NCBI GenBank assembly: GCA_016839515.1
Contig: JAEOUE010000229.1
Coordinates: 1-10,958, forward strand
Source: Candidatus Hodarchaeum mangrovi
GTDB taxonomy: Archaea; Asgardarchaeota; Heimdallarchaeia; Hodarchaeales; Hodarchaeaceae
DNA length: 10,958 nt
Reading direction: 5' to 3'
Part shown: positions 1 through 7,319 of the stretch, one piece after another
Layout of the letters: each line of letters begins with the position of its first letter
Numbering within the stretch: position 1 is the stretch's first letter
Made by a program: the position numbers and the translations under genes
Notes under the pieces: generated by a model
Seen by the model: the letters and a program-made list of their open reading frames with translations, nothing else
Database searches by the model: none
What the model was told of the DNA's origin: nothing

Positions 1-2
1 AT

Positions 3-455
3 TTAGATAATAATAATGGACAGGAAAATACTGATGTTCATCCTGTTTCTTCACCTGCGACTGTTACTTTTACCCTCTCAAATCCGAGTGACGAAGTTGC
101 ATTAATCTATCTCGAAGCCCGACAAATAGGATCAGGGAATCTCTGGCCAGTCGAAATTCAACGTGATTACCCTCAAGTCCAGTCTCCTGGGGAGAATAAG
201 ACCATTAAAATCACTATAAATGCCCCCGAGGATGTCAAAGAAGGTGAGCGACGCATTTATGTGATCCATGCTTATATCAATGGGATTCTAATTGGTGGGG
301 TTGAAATTGACTTTGTGAAAAGTCAATATACCTCAACTAGTACCTCATCTCTTTCTTCCAGTACCTCGCTCCCAACCGCCAATATAACCACATTCTCAAT
401 TCCCTTTATCTTGCTTCCCACCTTATCCATCTATTTATGGAAAAAGAGGAAATAA
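3..455 (+). CDS. 5'-truncated membrane-anchored surface protein: Ig-like beta-sandwich + Ser/Thr linker + C-terminal TM helix + basic tail
   Basis: The frame of the 261..455 ORF is open back to the window edge (LDNNNGQENTDVHPVSSPATVTFTLSNPSDE...SPGENKTIKITINAPEDVKEGERRIYVIHAYING...). VTFTLSN...PGENKTIKITINAPED fits an Ig-like/CARDB-type strand pattern. It is followed by TSTSTSSLSSSTS, hydrophobic FSIPFILLPTLSIYLW and KKRK-stop. Confidence 0.75.
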   Translation, partial: LDNNNGQENTDVHPVSSPATVTFTLSNPSDEVALIYLEARQIGSGNLWPVEIQRDYPQVQSPGENKTIKITINAPEDVKEGERRIYVIHAYINGILIGGVEIDFVKSQYTSTSTSSLSSSTSLPTANITTFSIPFILLPTLSIYLWKKRK

Positions 456-478
456 TTTTCTTTTCTTTTCTTTTTTTT
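456..478 (+). terminator. Archaeal-type oligo-T terminator
   Basis: ttttcttttcttttctttttttt immediately follows the TAA stop at 453-455. Confidence 0.6.
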
Positions 479-660
479 AAAAAAATACTTAAGTAAGAGT
501 TAAAGAAATATATTTAATTAAATTTTCTGCATCTCTTAATCTGATCGATTTTTGAACTAATCCAGTTTATAATAATGTATTTTATGACATGATTTCAATA
601 GTTAAGTAATATACTTTAACATTGATTTTTCATAAAATAAACATGTAATATAAGAGACTC

Positions 661-737
661 TTTAATATAAAAAAAAACAATACTTAAATACTCAAAAGTC
701 CCATAAATAATTCTCTTAAAAGTAATTTCTTTGGAGC
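661..737 (+). promoter_or_regulatory. Putative BRE/TATA promoter and SD-like GGAG for the HMG-CoA synthase-like gene
   Basis: tttaatataa (661-670) and ttaaata (684-690), the latter preceded by an A-rich run. GGAG at 733-736 lies just before GTG 738, unusually close, so TTG 741 is an alternative start. Confidence 0.3.
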
Positions 738-2429
738 GTGTTGTTTTTCGCTGAAATAAAATCAATCGCCTCATTTATACCAGTTAACAGGTTAGAAATC
801 GAGGAGCTCGTTGATCACTATCACGCAATGTCGCAATTGAACTATAAAATTGCGCTAGGTATGATGAAACGTGCAGTGAATCGTTTTCGCGGGAAAGCAT
901 TAAGTTCTGTCAGGTGGATCTATAATCAACGTTTAATGTTAAATGAAAAAATTGTCCCTGGTCCAAATGAAGATGCTTTAACGGCTGGAATTCAATCTTT
1001 TAACTATGCTATTAAGAGAGCCGGCATTCAACCTCATCAAATTGATGCTTTGTTCGTTGTATCTGAATCATACCCCTACGCTGTTAAATCAAGCACTGCA
1101 CTAGCTGGAAAAACAGGTGTGACAAATCTAAGATTTGGAGTAAGGGGTGAGTTTGCGTGTAAACCCTTTGGTGAATTCCTAGAAATCGGGGCTGCATTAA
1201 TAGATTCTAAAAGATGTCGTTATGTAGCAATTACAGCTACTGATGCTTCTCAAGGTGCACCAGGAGACGATCTTGAGTTTTCAGCATCATTTTATTCAAC
1301 TACAATGATCCTCGGGGAAGATGGTGATGGGAGTATCGCAAAACTGCAGGGTAGGACTTCTATAAATTATGATTTTAGTGATTTCATTCGAAAAGAAGGT
1401 GAACCATTCCCCGAACATGAAGGGCAAGGAACAAGTCTTGCATTCCGTGGAATGATTCTTTCTGCGGTAAAGAAACACCTTGAACGTTATGAAATAGCTC
1501 CCGAGTGCCTTCCGAACAAAACTTGGGTTATCCACAGCCCCAATGGTTCTTTTCCTAATGAAGCCTTACTAGATGTTTCTGATTATTTTGGTATTAAGTT
1601 GGCTGAAAAGAAATTTGATGGGGACGGAAAAATGCTTGGGATTGAACCCCAGGTCAAGGTTTCAAACTTAGCTCCTCAAATTGCTAACGGTTATTCTGCA
1701 ACTGTTCCAACTGCTTTGTGTGCAGCAATGGAGAATAGTGCTAAAGGGGATGAGATTATGACCGTCCTTTATGGCTCAGGTGCAGGGTCTGACGTGATTA
1801 GTATCAAAATGAAAGTTAATGGTTTAATTGTAGCTAATAGTGAAGTACCAACAGTCCAAGAACAAATTGACTATAAACAAAAGATCTCAGTTGAGGATTA
1901 CATCAATTACCGGGACACTGCTGAAAAAATTGCCAAACATAGGGCGCTTTTGGAGGTAGAACCTCTATCAGAAGAGTATTATCAGGTTGAAGGATGTCCT
2001 GTGTGTGGAGCGGTTTACTTCGGGGATAGCTGGAATCCAGAGAATTTTCCAGATTTTTCACCACCTGAGAAATTCTTTGAATTACGAGGTAAATGTTTAC
2101 GGGGAATTCAAAAAGATAAAAGTGATACCAAGCGAATATGTAGTGCAGAATTACAAAAGATAAAAGTATTTAAGCGCGCTAAAATTACGAATGTCACTTT
2201 ATATGGCGGAAAAAAGCAGGTTGGTCATCCTGAGAACCCCTATTGGACAATGTTTGAACAGAAGATGATTCGAGCATTCAACTATAATCCTAAAATCTAT
2301 AATTTCATGGTTGGTCAAGAAGTGAAAGCAGTAATTGGTCGCTGGCGCCCCTCCCCGAAAGATTGGGTTCCTATCCTCTATGTTCCTATGTATGCACCTC
2401 TTCGACGGGACTATGCTAAAAAACAATAA
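738..2429 (+). CDS. Archaeal-type hydroxymethylglutaryl-CoA synthase (thiolase fold) fused to a C-terminal DUF35-like Zn-ribbon/OB-fold domain
   Basis: Archaeal HMGCS motifs: EKIVPGPNED, SESYPYAVK (Glu110), GEFACK (Cys141), SQGAPGDDLEFSA, DFIRKEGEPFP, HSPNGSFP (His266), ANGYSA, YGSGAGSD. After about aa 410: GCPVCGAVYF...PP...C...C and VGQEVKAVIGRW...ILYVPMYAP, resembling DUF35 proteins. Confidence 0.85.
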   Translation: MLFFAEIKSIASFIPVNRLEIEELVDHYHAMSQLNYKIALGMMKRAVNRFRGKALSSVRWIYNQRLMLNEKIVPGPNEDALTAGIQSFNYAIKRAGIQPHQIDALFVVSESYPYAVKSSTALAGKTGVTNLRFGVRGEFACKPFGEFLEIGAALIDSKRCRYVAITATDASQGAPGDDLEFSASFYSTTMILGEDGDGSIAKLQGRTSINYDFSDFIRKEGEPFPEHEGQGTSLAFRGMILSAVKKHLERYEIAPECLPNKTWVIHSPNGSFPNEALLDVSDYFGIKLAEKKFDGDGKMLGIEPQVKVSNLAPQIANGYSATVPTALCAAMENSAKGDEIMTVLYGSGAGSDVISIKMKVNGLIVANSEVPTVQEQIDYKQKISVEDYINYRDTAEKIAKHRALLEVEPLSEEYYQVEGCPVCGAVYFGDSWNPENFPDFSPPEKFFELRGKCLRGIQKDKSDTKRICSAELQKIKVFKRAKITNVTLYGGKKQVGHPENPYWTMFEQKMIRAFNYNPKIYNFMVGQEVKAVIGRWRPSPKDWVPILYVPMYAPLRRDYAKKQ

Positions 2430-2451
2430 ATATTAAATGTTTAAAATCCAT

Positions 2452-2461
2452 AATTTTTTTT
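2452..2461 (+). terminator. Oligo-T tract in the 48-bp gap between convergent genes
   Basis: T9 run about 25 nt after the HMGCS stop codon. Confidence 0.4.
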
Positions 2462-2477
2462 AGAAAGTCAGAGAAAA

Positions 2478-5249
2478 CTAAAAACCATCTATCTTTTTCC
2501 GCTTCTCGAAGAGTTTATCCGTAAGAAAGTTACCTACACTTTCCAATTTCTTATCAATTTCTACTGCTTTTGTTTTCACATGCTCTTTCTCAGGTTTTGG
2601 AACACTAAAGATTGATAGTGTTCCTACGATTTGGTGTTCCTGATTTATGACAGGAAGTATAGATTCTCCCGTAATAGAAAATATTCCCCAAGCTTCTTTC
2701 AGCTTTTGATCAAGACTAAAGGTATAACTGATGGGAAAGGCCACCTCAAAGACTTGAATATTCTCTAGTTTACTTCTTTCTTCAACCATGTTGAATGGAA
2801 TAAAACCAGTTGGAATTCCATCTTGTGTAATAATCCATGTTTCTTTATCATTAGGATTTACTTGGATATTTGAGCAGAATTGATCCCATTCAAGTAGCTT
2901 GAAATTTTTTTGGACATATTCATCAATTGATTCCTCAGCATTGGTAATTCCAACATATTCTTCGCTAATCTTTTCCAGATTGATATCAAATGTAACTGGT
3001 AATTTTATTAGTTCAATTTGAGCTTTATTTATCAAAATTGCTGAAAATGATTTACCAATTGTGCCATTCGCATAAAATCCCAATTTATTTTCGTCATAGA
3101 TCCGATGATTATGCCCCACAATGATTATTTGATTCATTAGGGTATTATCTGTCTTAAATTTAGTAATATATTGATCGAGAGGAGGATTATAGCTACGCCA
3201 AAAATCTTGGTCGCCATGTGCAATCCAAATGTTTTCGTCTTGATAATAATCACCAATAAAATATATCCCTAATTCTCGTTCTAGTTTTAAACGAAACTTA
3301 TCCCAAAATTCTTCTGGGTCATGATTCCCTGAAATTATGTGAATTCTTTGATCCCCAAGAGAATTCTGGATTTGAGACAATTCATCAAGGATGGAAATCC
3401 CCTTTTTGTCAGCTTCAGAGAGTTCATTAACACAATCAATATTGAAAACATCTCCCGCAATTAAAATTGATTTAACTCGATGTGTCTCACATGTCTTCTT
3501 GATTTCTTCCAAACATAATTTAGCTAATTTATTATTAAGTCCCCAGTGAAGATCCGAAAAGACCAGAAGGGGGTATGCAATTTTATATTCAGTCCCAATT
3601 GGTTCTTGAGGTTCTAATTTTTGTAAAATATCATTGTAAACATCTTTTATAATGGTTTTGAGTTCCTCATTAATAAATTCCACCATATTAATAGGCATTT
3701 CTCTTGTTAGCTTATATTTCGTATCTGCAAAACAATTATATCCTTGAATAAGCTTATTTCCTTGTTTTTCCGAGATTAAATTTTGTTCGATGGCAATTTT
3801 AAGGCGGTCACTAGTTGAAGTAGTAAAAGTAGTCTCACTGAGGATCGCTAAAATAGTACTAATATCCTGTAAAGCTGTAAGAACAGAATATGTCTTAAAT
3901 ATTGAATCATAGAGGAAAGGTTGACAAATGCGTAAATTTTCCCCTAAAGCATTACTTTCATCCTTGAGGGATTCTGTGATACGAAGAAGAATCGGAATTA
4001 TATCAGGAAGTGCTTTTTTGGTAATTTTTGTAATTTCCTCTCGTAGAACTTGCCCTTTTCCAATAGGTTTCTCATATATCGGAACCATATTTATTATTGA
4101 TTTGTAGATAGACCAGCAATATTTTCTAATACCATCTTTACGGTCTTCGTCAGAGATAGGGGTGTTTCGAAGGGATTGGATAGAAGAAAGCATTTTTTCC
4201 AGTTCTTTTTTCTGATTTTGTTCTAAGAAACCTTCATCTCCGTAAAGAAAAGCCTTTAGGATGTTTGTTATTGACTCTTCATGGAAATTAAGATTCACCA
4301 GATTTTCTAATTTACATAATTCGAGATTAGGAACATGCTGCAGAACTTGGTCAAGAGCCTCACCTACCTGCAAAAATTGCTTTTCACTCCCCTCATGAAT
4401 CAATAGCATATCTAAGTCTGATGTGTCTGAATATTCTCCTCTCCCATACCCGCCACAGATTCCAATGATGAAATTACTAGGGATGCCTACCATCCTTTTC
4501 TCTTCCTTATTAACCTGAAGGATTTTGTTAAAAACCTCAATTTTCTCTACCAATAGTACAGAACTCTCAAGAAGAAGATTAATGCGCGAAAGAACAGTGG
4601 ATGGGGTTCTTTCATTCCATATTGATCCTAAATATGCTCTAATTTGATTCATATCCCAAGTGAGTTTGCTTGCCTTTGATAATTCCCGATATGACAAAAA
4701 ATGTTCTATACGTGGTGGAATGGCATGGGGTGTGGTTTGGTAGGTAAATTCAGTAATTTTTTTTATAGAATTCATAAACTCAGGGAGAATAGAGGATTTC
4801 TTATTCATAGGTCCTTTGACGATTAGGAGTTCTTCAAACTCTGATATTTCAGGGGTCGATTTCAAGATAAGGATACTGTCTTCTAATTTGATATCTTTAC
4901 ACTTTTCAAATAGATCCCAATAACCTGATTTAATCATCTTATTTTCTACTAAATTATTGAAAAGGTCGATTGAGGATTTAATGATTTGATGTTTGGTAAA
5001 ACGATCCTTATTCCAGATCCGTTCTTTGGATATTGACTCGAGGTCTACCCAATCGTCATTTAAAAAGAAGATTCCTTTTTTAAATAGGAGGTCTTCTGGA
5101 AGATAGAAGACATTTCCTGCGTGTGTCAATAATAGGCTGATGGCTGGAGTCTGTACATGTTTAAGATCTTCAAATGACGTAATCTTCTGTAAATAGCTTT
5201 GTTCGCTTAAATAAAATCGTAAGGTTTTAATTGCACCGTTGAAATCCAT
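2478..5249 (-). CDS. Multidomain protein (~923 aa): unknown N-terminal region + GlnD/GlnE/DUF294-type nucleotidyltransferase + helical substrate-binding domain + calcineurin-like metallophosphoesterase + CBS pair
   Basis: NTase motif IGICGGYGRGEYSDTSDLDMLLIH (~4400-4465). GlnE/DUF294_C-like TSTSDRLKIAIEQNLISEKQGNKLIQGY (~3735-3820). All five MPE motifs: SDLHWG, AGDVFN, SGNHD, AHGD, VGHNH (~3100-3570). CBS-like C-terminus LDQKLKEAWGIF...ILPVINQEHQIVGTLS. Start reassigned from 5294 to ATG 5249, which is 2 nt after the upstream stop and preceded by the SD-like GGTGGAGGG. Confidence 0.8.
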   Translation of the reverse strand: MDFNGAIKTLRFYLSEQSYLQKITSFEDLKHVQTPAISLLLTHAGNVFYLPEDLLFKKGIFFLNDDWVDLESISKERIWNKDRFTKHQIIKSSIDLFNNLVENKMIKSGYWDLFEKCKDIKLEDSILILKSTPEISEFEELLIVKGPMNKKSSILPEFMNSIKKITEFTYQTTPHAIPPRIEHFLSYRELSKASKLTWDMNQIRAYLGSIWNERTPSTVLSRINLLLESSVLLVEKIEVFNKILQVNKEEKRMVGIPSNFIIGICGGYGRGEYSDTSDLDMLLIHEGSEKQFLQVGEALDQVLQHVPNLELCKLENLVNLNFHEESITNILKAFLYGDEGFLEQNQKKELEKMLSSIQSLRNTPISDEDRKDGIRKYCWSIYKSIINMVPIYEKPIGKGQVLREEITKITKKALPDIIPILLRITESLKDESNALGENLRICQPFLYDSIFKTYSVLTALQDISTILAILSETTFTTSTSDRLKIAIEQNLISEKQGNKLIQGYNCFADTKYKLTREMPINMVEFINEELKTIIKDVYNDILQKLEPQEPIGTEYKIAYPLLVFSDLHWGLNNKLAKLCLEEIKKTCETHRVKSILIAGDVFNIDCVNELSEADKKGISILDELSQIQNSLGDQRIHIISGNHDPEEFWDKFRLKLERELGIYFIGDYYQDENIWIAHGDQDFWRSYNPPLDQYITKFKTDNTLMNQIIIVGHNHRIYDENKLGFYANGTIGKSFSAILINKAQIELIKLPVTFDINLEKISEEYVGITNAEESIDEYVQKNFKLLEWDQFCSNIQVNPNDKETWIITQDGIPTGFIPFNMVEERSKLENIQVFEVAFPISYTFSLDQKLKEAWGIFSITGESILPVINQEHQIVGTLSIFSVPKPEKEHVKTKAVEIDKKLESVGNFLTDKLFEKRKKIDGF

Positions 5250-5251
5250 AA

Positions 5252-7222
5252 TTAGCCCTCCACCATCTGTTTTAAGCCTAATAAAATTATCCAATCTGAC
5301 CTATCTGTTAAAATTGATTCTTCCTTTGGCTTATAATTAAGATCTCTCAGTGTTTCAAAAGCCTCCATTCGTATGAAAGTAGATTCTTCTTGATCTTTGA
5401 ATATATTAAAGAGTAAATCAAGACTTTTTTCGTCAATACTGTGTTTTCCAAGGGCTTCTAGTGCAGCCTGTCTCATACGTTCATCATTCGATTTATCAAT
5501 AGCAAAATTAAGCAAAAATTTGGTGACTTCAGGATCGAGATATGTTTGCATATTCCGTAACGCAATAATTTTGATTTTTATGGCAATATCATCATTTATT
5601 GCCATCTGAAGCAATAAATCTTTTTCTGTTCCTTGTCTTGCGATAAAATCTATAACCGATCGCTTAATTGGATCAGGAAGCCTAATGAAATCATTGAAAG
5701 TATTGTATAATTGAGGTAATTTACTTGTAAACCATGCTAGTGAGTCAATTGCTCTTCCTCTTAAAAATTGGTTGTCCTGTTCATTTTCAGCAACCGATTT
5801 AAGGAAAGGTACTAGTTTACTTCCCACCCTGCTAATGAGAATGCGAAGTGCCAGTTCACGGAGTTGGAAATCTTGATTTGAGTCCTCAAAAATCTTGAAG
5901 AATTTTTTTACAATCGGATCCATAGAGATTATAGGATTAATAGCTGAAATACCAGAATCAGGAAATTGATTGATAATTTTCTTTCGTAAAAGCTGAATGG
6001 GTTCTTTAAGTTTGTATTCGGGGATTCCTCTTCCATATGCTTGTATAGATATTTTTCCTCTGTCTAAAGATTGTGCTTCAAAGGAAATATTTGGATATTT
6101 TTGACGAAATTCTTCTAATAATCCTGTGTCTAATTGTAATTCGTCAATTTCTTCTGCTTCAAAGCCAATTCTAGCTGAAAAGTGATATTGTAAGTAGTTA
6201 AGACATACCCACTTAATAGAGGCATGTTCATAGGGATGGTCAAGGATATCGGAGATTAATCGGTTGATCTTCTCTTCCTTGAGATTGAGGGGCAAATTTT
6301 GGATGATTTTAGATCTTTCTTCTTTGGATAATTTCCGATTGAACAATTTTTTCCATTCTTCATGCCTTTGATAGCTGGCAATATTCCCATATACTGGTTC
6401 TTCGTTTACAGTCGAAAATTTAATCCCTGGATGGTTTTTTATGAGGTCTATAAGTTTAACCACATCGTAAAAATCAATAGAAGCATCAAATCCTTTTTCT
6501 CTAATCTCTTGTTTAGTTAACATCTCCTCAGAATCATCAACAATCTTCAAAAATGTAAAAATACTATCAATAACTAGATTCTCTGAAAATTTTTGTTTGA
6601 TATTGTAATATCTGAATGTACATCGTTTATATCCCTCTGCAATTGTCTCTTCTCGCTCAAATCTCACCCAGTTAGTAATATTATCAGCCATAATAGAATC
6701 ATATTCACACATAATAAAACCTAGATCTTCACGTTTGAACTGTTTGAAGACTTCATGATAGAAACATCGATTGATATCAAATGCAAATTCCTTTTCAGTA
6801 ACGTTAATTTCCTTTACTTGAAAATATTCATTATCATAGATTCTTTGATTACCTTTTCGAGCATCTTCCACAAAAATAGTCCATGGATCCTTAGAAGAAG
6901 CCATGTACCGTCGTTGGGGTTCTAAAACTAATTCTTCAAGCATAATTTTATAGATAGCTAATACGAGCCTTAGAATAATGGTGGTATCCTTTTTTCCTTC
7001 CTCTCCAGGGAGTGATTCCTCAAGAGCTATAACAAAAATAGGATTAATACCATGAAAAAGCTGAGTTTCGTTAAAAGATTCTTTAAGAGTTTCATAAAGC
7101 TCTCGAAAACGAGTTGCAAACGAGGATAAGATCGTATCAGCTTCCTCTAGGTCAAAGGCCTTTTTAAGCTCATTTGAAGTTAATAATACAAAATAATCAA
7201 ACATTTGGTCCAGACTTGACAT
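5252..7222 (-). CDS. L-2-amino-thiazoline-4-carboxylic acid hydrolase-like (V4R-related) domain + wHTH-like domain + HEAT/PBS-lyase repeat protein
   Basis: FAFDINRCFYHEVFKQFKREDLGFIMCEYD...RFEREETIAEGYKRCTFRY matches the ATC-hydrolase family pattern with three conserved Cys. The C-terminal ~30-aa repeats (DSNQDFQLRELALRIL, ENEQDNQFLRGRAIDSL, DKSNDERMRQAALEALG, DQEESTFIRMEAFETL) are HEAT-like. Start taken at ATG 7222; GTG 7231 is possible. Confidence 0.75.
   Translation of the reverse strand: MSSLDQMFDYFVLLTSNELKKAFDLEEADTILSSFATRFRELYETLKESFNETQLFHGINPIFVIALEESLPGEEGKKDTTIILRLVLAIYKIMLEELVLEPQRRYMASSKDPWTIFVEDARKGNQRIYDNEYFQVKEINVTEKEFAFDINRCFYHEVFKQFKREDLGFIMCEYDSIMADNITNWVRFEREETIAEGYKRCTFRYYNIKQKFSENLVIDSIFTFLKIVDDSEEMLTKQEIREKGFDASIDFYDVVKLIDLIKNHPGIKFSTVNEEPVYGNIASYQRHEEWKKLFNRKLSKEERSKIIQNLPLNLKEEKINRLISDILDHPYEHASIKWVCLNYLQYHFSARIGFEAEEIDELQLDTGLLEEFRQKYPNISFEAQSLDRGKISIQAYGRGIPEYKLKEPIQLLRKKIINQFPDSGISAINPIISMDPIVKKFFKIFEDSNQDFQLRELALRILISRVGSKLVPFLKSVAENEQDNQFLRGRAIDSLAWFTSKLPQLYNTFNDFIRLPDPIKRSVIDFIARQGTEKDLLLQMAINDDIAIKIKIIALRNMQTYLDPEVTKFLLNFAIDKSNDERMRQAALEALGKHSIDEKSLDLLFNIFKDQEESTFIRMEAFETLRDLNYKPKEESILTDRSDWIILLGLKQMVEG
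5255..5264 (-). promoter_or_regulatory. Shine-Dalgarno site (GGTGGAGGG) within the end of the upstream gene, consistent with translational coupling
   Basis: The minus strand reads ...ATGGTGGAGGGCTAATTATGGAT...: SD, upstream TAA stop, 2 nt, ATG. Confidence 0.7.
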
Positions 7223-7267
7223 ACAATCCACACATTAATACTTGAAGATTCATCACAAAAAGATAAA

Positions 7268-7300
7268 AGTATACATAAATATATACATTTATATATGGAT
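7268..7300. promoter_or_regulatory. Divergent promoter with back-to-back TATA-like boxes
   Basis: tttatata at 7288-7295 lies about 25 nt before ATG 7320, a leaderless geometry. tacataaa at 7272-7279 reads tttatgta on the minus strand. The intergenic region is 97 bp between divergent starts. Confidence 0.55.
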
Positions 7301-7319
7301 AAAATATGATAATGTACTA

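Noticed and set aside
1296-1535. 79-aa minus-strand ORF
   Set aside because: Antisense shadow inside the well-supported HMGCS gene, with no motifs.
2199-2426. 75-aa minus-strand ORF
   Set aside because: Antisense to the DUF35-like domain, with no independent support.
2478-5249. Calling the gene glnD/glnE, a CBASS cyclase, an MNT-HEPN toxin-antitoxin or Mre11/SbcD
   Set aside because: There are no HD or ACT domains and no second NTase. The GGYGR motif is GlnD/GlnE/DUF294-like, not CD-NTase-like. No HEPN partner gene, Rad50/SbcC neighbour or recognisable CBASS effector is present.
5250-5294. Extended N-terminus (MDNFIRLKTDGGGLI) of the 938-aa ORF
   Set aside because: It overlaps the upstream gene, and the GGG codons are the SD sequence for ATG 5249.
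5397-5609. 70-aa plus-strand ORF
   Set aside because: Antisense shadow of the HEAT-repeat region.
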